Positions 50,493 to 63,420 of a DNA stretch of 64,000 nt are shown here, piece after piece (the stretch's first letter is position 1; every line of letters begins with the position of its first letter). The notes below the pieces were generated by a model. It ran no database searches. It saw only the letters and a program-made list of their open reading frames with translations, and had not been told where the DNA came from. This stretch comes from Octopus bimaculoides (lineage: Eukaryota): the NCBI RefSeq assembly GCF_001194135.2, contig NC_068983.1, positions 38,450,483 through 38,514,482 on the forward strand, read 5' to 3'. The position numbers and the translations under genes are program-made.

Positions 50493-53451
50493 CTAGAACA
50501 ATACAATTGATAGAAGTGTATTGTAGTTTGCTTGAAACATTGCAGAAAAACATAGCAAATCAACGCATTATGGGAGCGAATAGCAATGCAGATGCAGCAT
50601 TAAATATAAAAGAAATATCAATAACAAAATGAAAAATATTTTATTAGATTTTATATTTTGAGCTAAAACTCTTTTTCAAAAACTTTGAAGCAGAGATATA
50701 AATTACATGTTCATTTCAAATCACGAGCATTTGACATGCCAACACAATGAACATGTAATGTATACCTCTCTCTCTCCCTCTCTCTCTCTCTCCCCCTCCT
50801 TCTATCCTTTTTCTCTGTTGTCCTTTAAAGCTTTTGAAAAGGACTTTTAACCTCAAAATATCAGGACCAGTTCACTCTTTCTAAGGTAACGTTTCTACAT
50901 TTTTGTTATCTCTGTCTTTTAATATTTAATGTTCCATCTGCAGTGCTGTTGCTTTCCATGACACATTTTCTAAATAAAATTGATGCTCTGCTTCCTAAAT
51001 ATTTTACCACCTTACACCTATTTTTTTCAATCTCAGGTCATGGTGGCCATGGTTGTCTGGTGATGGCAGTGGTGGTGGTGGGATTGATGGTGATGATGAT
51101 ACTGATGATGATGCTGCTGGATGACACGATGATGGCTGCTACAATCATTATTTTTTTTTAACATATTTTTTTTTTTTTTAAACAATGAACCTCCATCATC
51201 AAAGTTATTCTCATTTCAACCAAAACCAGTTCTGCCTGTGAAAGTGCGAATTCTACTCTGGGTTAAAGCCATTAAGTCACTCCCACCCTACCACCACTTT
51301 GCATCCNNNNNNNNNNNNNNNNNNNNNNNNNNNNNNNNNNNNNNNNNNNNNNNNNNNNNNNNNNNNNNNNNNNNNNNNNNNNNNNNNNNNNNNNNNNNNN
51401 NNNNNNNNNNNNNNNNNNNNNNNNNNNNNNNNNNNNNNNNNNNNNNNNNNNNNNNNNNNNNNNNNNNNNNNNNNNNNNNNNNNNNNNNNNNNNNNNNNNN
51501 NNNNNNNNNNNNNNNNNNNNNNNNNNNNNNNNNNNNNNNNNNNNNNNNNNNNNNNNNNNNNNNNNNNNNNNNNNNNNNNNNNNNNNNNNNNNNNNNNNNN
51601 NNNNNNNNNNNNNNNNNNNNNNNNNNNNNNNNNNNNNNNNNNNNNNNNNNNNNNNNNNNNNNNNNNNNNNNNNNNNNNNNNNNNNNNNNNNNNNNNNNNN
51701 NNNNNNNNNNNNNNNNNNNNNNNNNNNNNNNNNNNNNNNNNNNNNNNNNNNNNNNNNNNNNNNNNNNNNNNNNNNNNNNNNNNNNNNNNNNNNNNNNNNN
51801 NNNNNNNNNNNNNNNNNNNNNNNNNNNNNNNNNNNNNNNNNNNNNNNNNNNNNNNNNNNNNNNNNNNNNNNNNNNNNNNNNNNNNNNNNNNNNNNNNNNN
51901 NNNNNNNNNNNNNNNNNNNNNNNNNNNNNNNNNNNNNNNNNNNNNNNNNNNNNNNNNNNNNNNNNNNNNNNNNNNNNNNNNNNNNNNNNNNNNNNNNNNN
52001 NNNNNNNNNNNNNNNNNNNNNNNNNNNNNNNNNNNNNNNNNNNNNNNNNNNNNNNNNNNNNNNNNNNNNNNNNNNNTTTCGTGCGGGTGACACGTAAAAG
52101 CACCCACTACACTCTCTGAGTGGTTGGCGTTAGGAAGGGCATCCAGCTGTAGAAACTCTGCCAAATCAGACTGGAGCCTGGTGTTGCCATCCGGTTTCAC
52201 CAGTCCTCAGTCAAATCGTCCAACCCATGCTAGCATGGAAAGCGGACGTTAAACGATGATGATGATGATGATGATGATATTTTTAGGTCAAAAGTGAAAG
52301 AAACAATGTATATTATAGACAATGTTTATTTAGATAAGCTGGGTATCGTGGAATATGCAAGTATTTTGAAGAGTATAAAATAATATTATTGTCCTAAATG
52401 TTTTTTGCAGTCCTTGCGGTTAATAAAGAAAGAATATTATAATTATTCTTCATCATCATCATCCTCATCATTTAAAATATGCTGTGCGTGAGAAGACCCG
52501 GCAAGCCAAGTGAGACCAAAATCCAGGGCCTCTGCCAGGGATGTAGCCAGCCCACTTACACGTAACATTCCTTCATTGGACACTAAACTCCACTTGCGAA
52601 GACCTGTTGAGACAAGTGAAATTGAAATCAAACTAAATTTGTAGACTGGCACCCATGCTAACGTCTCTTTCATTGAACACTAAACTTGGCTTGCGAAGAC
52701 CTGTTGGGGCAAGCGAAAGCGAAATCATGATGGCACCTGTACCAGTGGAGCACTAAGAGCACCGTCCGAGCGTGATCGTTCCCAGAGCACCAGCTTCCGT
52801 GCTGGTGGCATGTAAATAGCACCATTTGAGTGTGATTGTTACCAACATCGTCTTCCCTGGCACTTGTGCCAGTGGCATGTNNNNNNNNNNNNNNNNNNNN
52901 NNNNNNNNNNNNNNNNNNNNNNNNNNNNNNNNNNNNNNNNNNNNNNNNNNNNNNNNNNNNNNNNNNNNNNNNNNNNNNNNNNNNNNNNNNNNNNNNNNNN
53001 NNNNNNNNNNNNNNNNNNNNNNNNNNNNNNNNNNNNNNNNNNNNNNNNNNNNNNNNNNNNNNNNNNNNNNNNNNNNNNNNNNNNNNNNNNNNNNNNNNNN
53101 NNNNNNNNNNNNNNNNNNNNNNNNNNNNNNNNNNNNNNNNNNNNNNNNNNNNNNNNNNNNNNNNNNNNNNNNNNNNNNNNNNNNNNNNNNNNNNNNNNNN
53201 NNNNNNNNNNNNNNNNNNNNNNNNNNNNNNNNNNNNNNNNNNNNNNNNNNNNNNNNNNNNNNNNNNNNNNNNNNNNNNNNNNNNNNNNNNNNNNNNNNNN
53301 NNNNNNNNNNNNNNNNNNNNNNNNNNNNNNNNNNNNNNNNNNNNNNNNNNNNNNNNNNNNNNNNNNNNNNNNNNNNNNNNNNNNNNNNNNNNNNNNNNNN
53401 NNNNTCCAACCCATGCTAGCATGGAAAGCGGACGTTAAACGATGATGATGA

Positions 53452-53489
<38 letters not shown>

Positions 53490-53963
53490 GTATGTATACA
53501 GGTCGTCATCAACTTACAACCTCTCTGATTGACTTTATGACGATTGGCGCGCCAGCTCCCAGCAGCAATAATAAATAGTCCAGCTGAAATTTAATGGGTT
53601 TAATTTCTTAGAAATTAACCTGTCTACAAATGATGTCAGCTAACAAATGCTTCCCATTGGTTTGGCTATCAATTGTCACTGCGTTGGATGACTCTTCTGT
53701 CGTGGACACATCAAGGCAACCTCATAGTTGTTTATAAGCCAACTGCTTGAGACTGAAATTTTTGACTAACACCAGTATAATAGTATAATACAGAATGCTG
53801 TGTGTGACTTTTACCTGAGAATGTACCTTAAGAATGTAAAAATATAAAACAAAGCTATGTAGGCCTATAGGCCAACTTACAGCCAAATCGACTTACGACC
53901 AATAAGTCAGAACCAATACGACCTGCATATATATATATATATTTGTATGTTTGTATGTATGAA

Positions 53964-54182
53964 TAGGAGGGGGTGCTGAAAAGTTCCTGGCTTTGGTTAA
54001 AAGAAAATACAGGAGGATCAGTTAATTATGAGTTCATTCCACACACTCCCCTCCCAGATTCACACACTTACTGCAGTGGTCCTTCAGTTTTTCTAAGCCC
54101 TGTAAAAGAACTCAGAAGGCTGGGGCTCCAACTAGGCTTTTCACAATATCCTTAAAGCCAAGGACTTTTCAGTACCCCATCA

Positions 54183-54186
<4 letters not shown>
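53964..54186. mobile_element. Mariner-derived MITE (~220 bp)
   Basis: TIRs gggggtgctgaaaagttcctggcttt / aaagccaaggacttttcagtacccc with TA ends. Confidence 0.8.
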
Positions 54187-54221
<35 letters not shown>

Positions 54222-54998
54222 CTGTGAGTGAGTGTGGGAGTGTAGGTGTATGTGTGTATATGTGTTTATTTGTTTATAGTTTCGGCTTAGAGCTGCGGCC
54301 ATGCTGATGCACAGCCATGGTGTGTGTGTATATGTGTGCGTGTGTATATGTGNNNNNNNNNNNNNNNNNNNNNNNNNNNNNNNNNNNNNNNNNNNNNNNN
54401 NNNNNNNNNNNNNNNNNNNNNNNNNNNNNNNNNNNNNNNNNNNNNNNNNNNNNNNNNNNNNNNNNNNNNNNNNNNNNNNNNNNNNNNNNNNNNNNNNNNN
54501 NNNNNNNNNNNNNNNNNNNNNNNNNNNNNNNNNNNNNNNNNNNNNNNNNNNNNNNNNNNNNNNNNNNNNNNNNNNNNNNNNNNNNNNNNNNNNNNNNNNN
54601 NNNNNNNNNNNNNNNNNNNNNNNNNNNNNNNNNNNNNNNNNNNNNNNNNNNNNNNNNNNNNNNNNNNNNNNNNNNNNNNNNNNNNNNNNNNNNNNNNNNN
54701 NNNNNNNNNNNNNNNNNNNNNNNNNNNNNNNNNNNNNNNNNNNNNNNNNNNNNNNNNNNNNNNNNNNNNNNNNNNNNNNNNNNNNNNNNNNNNNNNNNNN
54801 NNNNNNNNNNNNNNNNNNNNNNNNNNNNNNNNNNNNNNNNNNNNNNNNNNNNNNNNNNNNNNNNNNNNNNNNNNNNNNNNNNNNNNNNNNNNNNNNNNNN
54901 NNNNNNNNNNNNNNNNNNNNNNNNNNNNNNNNNNNNNNNNNNNNNNNNNNNNNNNNNNNNNNNNNNNNNNNNNNNNNNNNNNNNNNNNNNTAATTATT

Positions 54999-55048
<50 letters not shown>

Positions 55049-55211
55049 ATATATACAATATGTTTAATATATATAATATATATACATATAGATATATCAT
55101 AAAGGAGGAGGAGTAAGAAATGCAAAAAGAGCAGATTGCCAAAAAGAAATAAATGAGTTGTCAACATTAATTATAAATTGCTGCCCACACAAAGCACCTT
55201 CTTCTTCTTAC

Positions 55212-55354
55212 CTTGGGGGTAGAATCGAATTGAGAACTTCGTCTGTCTGCTGAGCTACCTTACTCTCAGCTATGGGCAATTTCTGTTTCGGGGGTGGACT
55301 TGGAACTGGTCCAGCACATATTGGCGGTGATGTAGCTGTTCTCAGGTTACGTGC
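55212..55354 (-). CDS. DNALI1: DNALI1 exon 2 (143 nt; ARNLRTATSPPICAGPVPSPPPKQKLPIAESKVAQQTDEVLNSILPP-R)
   Basis: Canonical atag|GCA and AG|gtaag boundaries. The peptide ends EVLNSILPPR, matching p28 EILNAILPPR. The phase-2 end joins exon 3 in frame. Confidence 0.93.
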
Positions 55355-56167
55355 CTATGGAAATAAGAATCATGACCCCTGTTTGAGACTCAGTCCAAAT
55401 AGCCATCTAAGTGTATGTGCTATATATATATATATATATATACATATACACACACACACACATACATTTATAATAATAAATACCAAAATGAATTTCTGTG
55501 TCAGTGTGTCACACTTTGATCCTCTCTCTCACTATTCAATGACACTTCTACTATTCCTCATGTTAGAGTGAGAGTAATAGTAGGCATAGAGATGGTGAGG
55601 GTGGTAGTAGATTGACAATTGTGATGGTAATAGGGTGATAGTAGTAGTATGGGCTGTAATTGTGATAGAGGCAGAGCCAATGGTGATGATGGTAGTGGTG
55701 GTAGCCAAGGCAGTCAGGGATGATGGTGATGGTAAGCGATGTGAAAGACAGTGGTGAGGGTGGTGAAGGGTAAGGTGGCAAAGTCAAAGGTATTGATGGT
55801 GGTGGCATCAGAAGTCTGAATGGTATGTGTATGGCAGTTGTGGTGGTGATGGTGGTGGTACTGGTGATGGTGATGGTTGAATACAATCAACAGAAAAAGA
55901 GAGAGAGAGAAAGAAAGAGGTTACATAGAAAAAAGAAATTGTACTGACCCCTGAATGGGGAGAAGTTTATCATACAGCTTTGCAATAAGTTCCAAGTCGA
56001 CAAATTATATCATTGCTTTGATGAAAATTGTTCATTGCTTGAAAAATATTGGTCAAGTCTAATAAAATTTAATATGTATTCAATGTATGAAGTGTCATTA
56101 TGGGGCTTAAGGCCCAATGAAGAGCCCTCCACAGGAGCTAGCTTAAAAGCTAGTATATATATATATG

Positions 56168-56204
<37 letters not shown>

Positions 56205-56409
56205 TCTTTTATTCTTTTACTTGTTTCAGTCATTTGATTGTGACCATGCTGGAGCACTACCTTTAGTTGTACAAATCAACCCCAGGACTTATTCTTTGTA
56301 AGCCTAGTACTTATTCAATCAGTTTCTTTTGCCGAACTGCTAAATTATGGGTATGTAAACACACCAACATCACTTGTCAAGCGATGGTGAGAGTCAAACA
56401 CAGACACAA

Positions 56410-56442
<33 letters not shown>

Positions 56443-56526
56443 GATAGATAGATATAGATATATATATATTTATATAGATATATATATATATATATTTATA
56501 TAGATATAGATATATATATATTTATA

Positions 56527-56565
<39 letters not shown>

Positions 56566-56600
56566 GACAGGCTTCTTTCATTTTCCACCTACCAAATCCA
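56205..56600 (-). mobile_element. SINE family B with expanded (TA/GATA)n
   Basis: Homology. Confidence 0.8.
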
Positions 56601-56689
56601 TCTGGGCTCTAGGGGTTTGTTGGAACTGAAGGAAAGGAGTTAGCTCTGGACTTGTGTAGTTCACGTTTTCTTTGTGTCCCTGTAATCCT

Positions 56690-57100
56690 ATCCAGTTCAT
56701 AGGAGGTGGAACCTCTGTTGGTACAGCTTCACCAGGGAGGGCAGCCTTGTACTTGCATTTCCTAGGGTATCAAGATTGATCCCAAAGTACTTCAGTGAGG
56801 CTTTAACACTCATATAATAGAAATAGTAAGGATAAGGATTAAGTACTTTCCAATATTTAGTTCCATTTATCTCTATACCAGACATATCCTAGGGTCAACT
56901 GAATCAACCCTACTCTTTTACTATGACACTTGTTTTAGCATCACAATTTGAAATTCACTCTATTCGAAGTATTGGGACCAAACACTCTGTCCCCTCCTGC
57001 AGACATCAACACACAGAATATTCAAGTTGGTCATTAATCACATCAGTCACATTCATCTGGGAGACCCTTCATCGTTCACTGCAACTAATTCTCTGTTGTA
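56690..57100 (-). mobile_element. Possible degenerate non-LTR RT fragment
   Basis: LKYFGINLD resembles the KYLGxxLD motif; little other support. Confidence 0.3.
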
Positions 57101-57389
57101 TAACGTATTTAAGAAATTATTGTTTGGCAGGAATACAAGAAATCAATATTTAGTTGTAAAGATATTCAGTAAGAAGGAAAAAAAAACTAGAGATTACTGC
57201 TCTATATCATTTGAAATATTTTAGTCTTTATCCCTTTACATTTTGTATTCAGACCCACCAGAGACGACACTGAATCTCATCTGTTTGTGATCAATAAAAT
57301 AGGTGCCAGGAATATATTTTCTTTCAATCAATTAAATCCCAAAGTGCAAAGTTAAACTGGCTTTCTGCCTTGTTTAAATGCAGGTATTT

Positions 57390-57975
57390 CTGTATGGTTA
57401 AGAAGCTTGCTTTGCAACCATGAGGTTTTGAGTTCAGTCCCATTACACACCACATTGGGCAAAAGTATTTTACTATAAACTCCAGGTTGACTAATGCCTT
57501 GTCAGTGAATTTGGTTGATGGAAATTGTCAGGAAGTCAGTAGTATATATACACATACATATGTACATACATACAGACATACATACATACATACATGCGTA
57601 TGTACATACATGTGTGTATGTGCTTGTCCCCTCAACCACTTGAAAATTGGTGTTTGTTTGTTTATGTCCCCATAGCTTAATGGTTAGCTTAAGAGACTGA
57701 TAGGATAGGTTTCAGACTTTAAAATCCAAATACTGGGGTTGATTTGTTTGATTGAACTCTTTAAGGTGCTGCAGCATGGCCACAGTCCAGTATCTGAAAC
57801 AAGTAAAAGATAAAAGTAATAGGTGATAGATTTTTATCGAGTCATTTATTTTTCCTCTCCATACAGGTGCAGGAGTGGCTGCATGGTAAGTAGCTTGCTT
57901 ACCAACCACATGGTTCCAGGTTCAGTCCCACTGCGAGGCACCTTGGGCAAGTATCTTCTACTATAGCCTCGTGCC
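57390..57975 (+). mobile_element. SINE family B, one full copy plus one head
   Basis: Homology. Confidence 0.8.
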
Positions 57976-59019
57976 AATTCACGAAAACTCTCAGACTTTG
58001 AGTCATTCTGTTACTTCTGATAAATATTAATCATCATCAGCATCATCATCATTTAATGTCCGTTATCCATGCTGGCATGGGTTAGACGGCTTGATCAGGG
58101 CTGGTACGCTGGGAGGCTACACCAGACCCCAGTCTGATTTGGCATGCTTTCTATGGCTGGATGCCCTTCCTAATGCCATTTTATCAAGATATCCCTGGCC
58201 TGAAGAGTAGCCTGCAATATACACCTCGCTTATATATTTACTATTTCCAAGGTTCCCATTTGCTATGAAACAGATGTAGCCTGGATCTTATCTATTCCAT
58301 TCCTTAACTCTTGTATTCTTATTCACATACCCAGCAACCCTAGTCACCTACCGTGAAATATAAAAAACGTTTTCAGTTTATTGTACTTCGATACCAAAAA
58401 AAATCCATAACCTTCCATCTCAATAAATCACCATTGTCCTTGAAAGTTGTTTTTCTATATTTACTATGGATGCTTGAAGCTAACTTTCTTCCTACACTTT
58501 GATCTTTGGATTTTATTATACATACATACATATACATACATACATATACATATACATATATNNNNNNNNNNNNNNNNNNNNNNNNNNNNNNNNNNNNNNN
58601 NNNNNNNNNNNNNNNNNNNNNNNNNNNNNNNNNNNNNNNNNNNNNNNNNNNNNNNNNNNNNNNNNNNNNNNNNNNNNNNNNNNNNNNNNNNNNNNNNNNN
58701 NNNNNNNNNNTATAAAAGATAATAAGAGTGAAAAAACTACAGAAGGCTTGTGTTACATGGTTAAAGTATATATTTAAATTATGTCAGAAAAATGTTATAA
58801 AATTTTTTGGGTATATAAACATTGTATTTGGAGAAATAACCGGTTTCGTGTTGTCTTTTCAAATTTCTCTACTTCATTGTAACATGTGTTCGCTCCAATC
58901 TGAAAAGAAGAGTCTCTTAAATATATACTTTAACCATGTAACACAAGCCTTCTGTAGTTTTTTCACTCTTATTATCTTTTATACATCCAACCACGTGCTT
59001 TCACATACCAACTTTCTCA

Positions 59020-59054
<35 letters not shown>

Positions 59055-59488
59055 TGTGTGTGTGTGCATGTGTGTGTGTGTGTGTGTGTGTGTGTACACC
59101 TAGCTAGACAGATGAAAAGAAACTCTAAAGATAGAAGATGGTTGTCCACCAGATGTGGATGTAATTGAAATAGAAAGTGAGATGTGCTTAACAAGTGCTA
59201 TTTTTCAAGATGACACCAAAAGAAGCTGCAGGAATACAAAGGAACCCAAAATTCTTGGCTTTCTTGCTCAACGTGAGGAAATCATTTTCCCTTAGTTAGC
59301 AGCTACTTAAGTTACAACCATGAGAGGGGTTAAGATGGGGGTCAAGAACAAAGACATTTATTTATAGAATATGTTTCTATATTAAGAAACATAACATGCT
59401 GTATATAAATGAGTGTTTGAGTGAGCACGTGTGTGTGTGTGTGCATACATAATACACACACTCGCACACACACAAACACAAAATGTTT

Positions 59489-59539
<51 letters not shown>

Positions 59540-60140
59540 CATACATATGTATGTACATGTGTGTACATATGTGTGGACATCTAAATTTAGGTTTTAATCT
59601 TGGAGTTTGTTTTATCACTCCATTAAGACTGTCTACAGGTATTGGCTATCAGAAACAATTACAAAACAGAAATGGATATACACATACATCTCCACACATA
59701 TCTACAGTTACACCCTAATAATCATATACATACACTCACATATTCACACATCCATAAGTACACGTACAGATATAGATATATCTCCATGTATAGTATCCGC
59801 ATATATGCAAGTACGTCCATCCATGTATACACACATACAATACACCTTACAAGTGTATATCTTGTTTTTGAGTACATAACAGTTATATTTAATATACTAT
59901 TCTCAATAGATTGAGTTACATATATCTAGAAAATTTAAAAAAAGTTTTTTAGTGATTGGGGAAATTTCAAGTCTACCTACTTGTGTAAATTATAAATGGG
60001 GTCAGAATCTAGCTAGGCGAAAGTAAACCCAATAAGTAAGTAATTGGGGGTAATCCCAGGAGTTGTTAATTCAATGCCTGAACAGTGGCAGGAGGGAACA
60101 GATGAGGGAATTTCCAATGAGAGATCATGAAGATCTTCTC

Positions 60141-60197
60141 TCATTTAGTATTTAACATCATTTGGTATTTAACATCATTTAGTATTTAACATCATTT
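60141..60197. repeat. 17-bp tandem repeat x3 (catttagtatttaacat)
   Basis: Direct inspection. Confidence 0.9.
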
Positions 60198-60540
60198 TGC
60201 AATATTAAATGCAATTAGATTCATGAGTTGATTCCGTGTAATTCTAGAACTTATTTGCATCACTAGGTGTACAGCCAGCATTCTTTTGCAAGTGAGTATG
60301 GCTTGAAAATATGTGCCATGCTTACACAAACGGTTTTAGGTGTCTGTGTAATTTCAAGCATGACATAAACACCTTCTCAGCCTCCTCGGCATCTACCTTA
60401 TGGGACATTTAAGACATGGCAGGTGGAAGCGGGAAGAGCTGCTCCAGCATCCTGACTGGTATTTATTACGACTGAATAGGTTTGAAATCAAGTACCTTGT
60501 TGTTTGATAACACAATGCACCGATGACTACAGGCCTAACA

Positions 60541-61017
60541 GGATCTGTTCAGTTTGGTGCACAGGTTTTTAAATAAATTTCTTTTAACTAAACAGTTTGA
60601 AATTTCATATACTGGTGGAATGTCTCATGCAGAATACGATTTACTTTGTATATTTTTGACAAAGACGCAAGACCCAAAAGGAAAAAACAGGCATGTAATA
60701 TGCAGCACGGGCAGTAAACAAAAAGTAAAATAGAACAGAGTAGTGACATTTAGTATATAGACGACCTGGAAGTCGTTCCTCTTTGATTACTATCGCAAAC
60801 AGCAGTAGCTTTCTTCAACTGAATACATATCGTTGATTGGTTGAAATTACCCAAATACAACAAGAAAGAACTTCTCAAAATATCAAATTTTGTCAAAAAT
60901 GTTCAAAGTAAACTGTGTTCTGTGTGAGACATTCAACCAGTATATGAAGTTTCAAACTGTTTAGTTAGAAAAAAATTCAAAAAAATGAAAAATTTGTGTG
61001 CCAAACTGAATAAATCC
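60541..61017. mobile_element. MITE with ~100-bp imperfect TIRs
   Basis: ggatctgttcagtttggtgcac...aactaaacagtttgaaatttcatatactggtggaatgtctca is mirrored at 60915-61017. Confidence 0.7.
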
Positions 61018-61049
61018 GCAACAATTTAACCACTAAACCACACTGCTAG

Positions 61050-61420
61050 GAGAGGATAAGAGATTATATCGACTCTTTTACTGTATTTGAATGTCTTATA
61101 TTTAGTCTTGTGAGCAGTAGTGTAAATCACACCAACTACTTGAGCAAAGCAAGTAACATTTATTTGTTTAGGTGTTAACTGTAGTCTGCTTGGATTAAGC
61201 AAGTCTGACATATTGATTAACACTCTGAGTAAATTTCTTCAAAATGCGTTTCAATATCAATATAACAGAAGAGAGTAGTTGATTCAAAAGCAACAGGGAT
61301 AGTTGCAAATGTGTGGTTCTTGTAGTTACATAATTTATTTAGAATTATAAATAGGATTGGCCTAAGTGTTGTATCCTGAGGAATGCAGATCTGCAGATCT
61401 GAGGCTAGTTTCAAATACCA
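61050..61420 (-). mobile_element. Degenerate LINE RT fragment
   Basis: IPQDTTLRPILFII resembles GVPQGTVLGPILFLI. Confidence 0.45.
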
Positions 61421-61635
61421 CTTTCTGTGTTAAGCTGAGAAGGGAGCCTCTATGATATCGTTGGCTCTGCTAGAAATAGCTGCGAAATCTCCCTGAAATC
61501 ACACTCATCCCCACTATTTTAGAAATGTGAAGGGCACATTAGATAATTTAGGTATAGATATCTCTTAGGAACAGCAAAACAGTGAGGAGGTAAACATATT
61601 TTATAAAACAGTGTCAAATGTCAACCTGAATCTTA

Positions 61636-62490
61636 TAGGAGGTCTGATCAATAAGTATCCGGACTGTTGCCATAGTAATGAAGCTAAAGCATGCAGAATG
61701 AAGCTGGTCAGTACAGATTGACCTTGAACTCTGTTGTGCATGCACACTAAATTTTTTTCTAGCTCACATCTGCTGTTTACAGCAGTGCTTAGAAGGAACA
61801 TGTGTAGTGTGTGATAGTCACATTGACCATGACAGAGAAAGCTCTCATGGCAATAGCTGCTCAGAGGCCTACACAAAGTTGCAGAAAGTGTATGAAGAGG
61901 AGTGTATGAGCCGCACACAAGTGTATGAGTGGTTCAGACGTTTCCATGATGGCCATAAATATGTCGATATTGACGAACGTTCTGGGAGACCTGCAACCAG
62001 CAGAACTGAGAAAAACATGGCAGATGTGCGTGCAACTGTGAGAGGAAATCGTTGAACCGTCATCTGTGAGTTATCAGAGGATGTACAGATTAGTTACGGT
62101 CCAGCTCAGTCGTTATTCCTGAGGATTTGGGTATGAGACCTGTGTCTGCCAAGTTTGTGCCAAAACTGCTTTCAGCTGACCCAAAAGGTTTCAGCTGCAC
62201 AAGATCTCCTTCATTGTGTTAAAAACGATGAAAACTTTTAAAAAACTTTGCACAGGCCTCTGATGCAGATTCTCCACTCAACTTTATCTGTCATGGTCAA
62301 CGTGACAATCACCTGTTACACACCTTCTTTCCAGGTACTGCTGTAAACAGCAGATGTGAGCTAGAACGTTAAAACTTAGTGTGCATGCACAACAGAGTTT
62401 AAGGTCAATCTGTGCCAAGCAGCTTTACCCTGTGTGCTTTAGTTTCGTTACTATAGCAACAATCTGGATACTTATTGATCAGAGCATGTA
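61636..62490 (+). mobile_element. Mariner-derived non-autonomous element with ~200-250 bp TIRs and a transposase HTH remnant
   Basis: TA ends. SCSEAYTKLQKVYEEECMSRTQVYEWFRRF...DERSGRP...EDLGMRPVSAKFVPKLL is a mariner N-terminus. Ends are long inverted repeats. Confidence 0.92.
62447..62460. promoter_or_regulatory. RFX X-box-like motif GTTACTATAGCAAC in the mariner right TIR; counterpart GTTGCCATAGTAAT at 61666-61679
   Basis: Exact match to GTHNYY-AT-RRNAAC; function not shown. Confidence 0.3.
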
Positions 62491-62989
62491 TATACCCCAG
62501 TATGAAACTCAGTGATCTTACACCATCAACAACAACAACAAGAGTAACAGCAGCAGCAACAAAAACAACAACAGGAAGAGCAACAAAGACAAGAAAACAG
62601 CACAGGAATAAAAGAGAGAGGGGGAGAGAGAGAGAAGAAATATAAAAGTTATCAGTGTGTGTGTGTGTGTGTGTGTGTGAGACTCTAAATCAGGATGGAG
62701 GAGTGGATGATGGCTTGTAAAATGAAATTTTGAAGTCACTGTCAAACTTTTCTAAGTCAATGCAAACATGGAAAAGTGGTTGTTAAAATGACGATGAGGA
62801 TGATGTCAATGTATTGGGGAGGTGGTGGAGTGGGGTCACTGTTGAATGTGCATCTGCACATGCATGTGCAGGACTTAGTATAATTATTTTTGACAAAAGA
62901 ATTGTAGTTGGCCATGCATGCATGTCTCTTCTTTTTCCACATCACTGATGTTTATCCAAGAGAAAGGTTGAAGGCTTGGACCATTGCAG

Positions 62990-63420
62990 CTTGGCACCAT
63001 TGTTATCACCAAGTGCTACAAAATGGAAGTGTGGGACGAAGTGGTGAGAAGGGATCTTCAGATGTTGGGCCTCACAGAGTGGATGACAAAAGGACCAGGA
63101 TTTCTGGCGGTTGGCTGTGCTTGAGAAGACATGCTAAGTAAATATGTGGTTGTCCTTGCATTCAGGCATGTCCTCTGCATCCCACTTCAGCTGAGCGGTC
63201 CTGTTATTGCAGGCTCCTTCATGGATGTTAGGGCCATGTAAAAATACTCATGCTAGTACTGCATGAAAGCACCCTGTATACACTGCAAAGTGGTTGGAGT
63301 CAGGAAGAGCATCCAGCCATTGAAACCACACTAAAACAGAGATGGAGACTGGGCAGCTTTTCAGCTCTTCAGCTTCTGTCAAACCCATGCCAACATGGAA
63401 AACGATGATGATGATGATGA
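62990..63420 (+). mobile_element. 5'-truncated RTE LINE 3' end
   Basis: WDEVVRRDLQMLGLTEWMT...FWRLAVLEKTC*, followed by a family C tail and (gat)n. Confidence 0.75.

Noticed and set aside
59110-59340. Short open frame GCPPDVDVIEIESEM... followed by aggggttaa
   Set aside because: It could be a piggyBac-like end, but no matching left end or motif was found.
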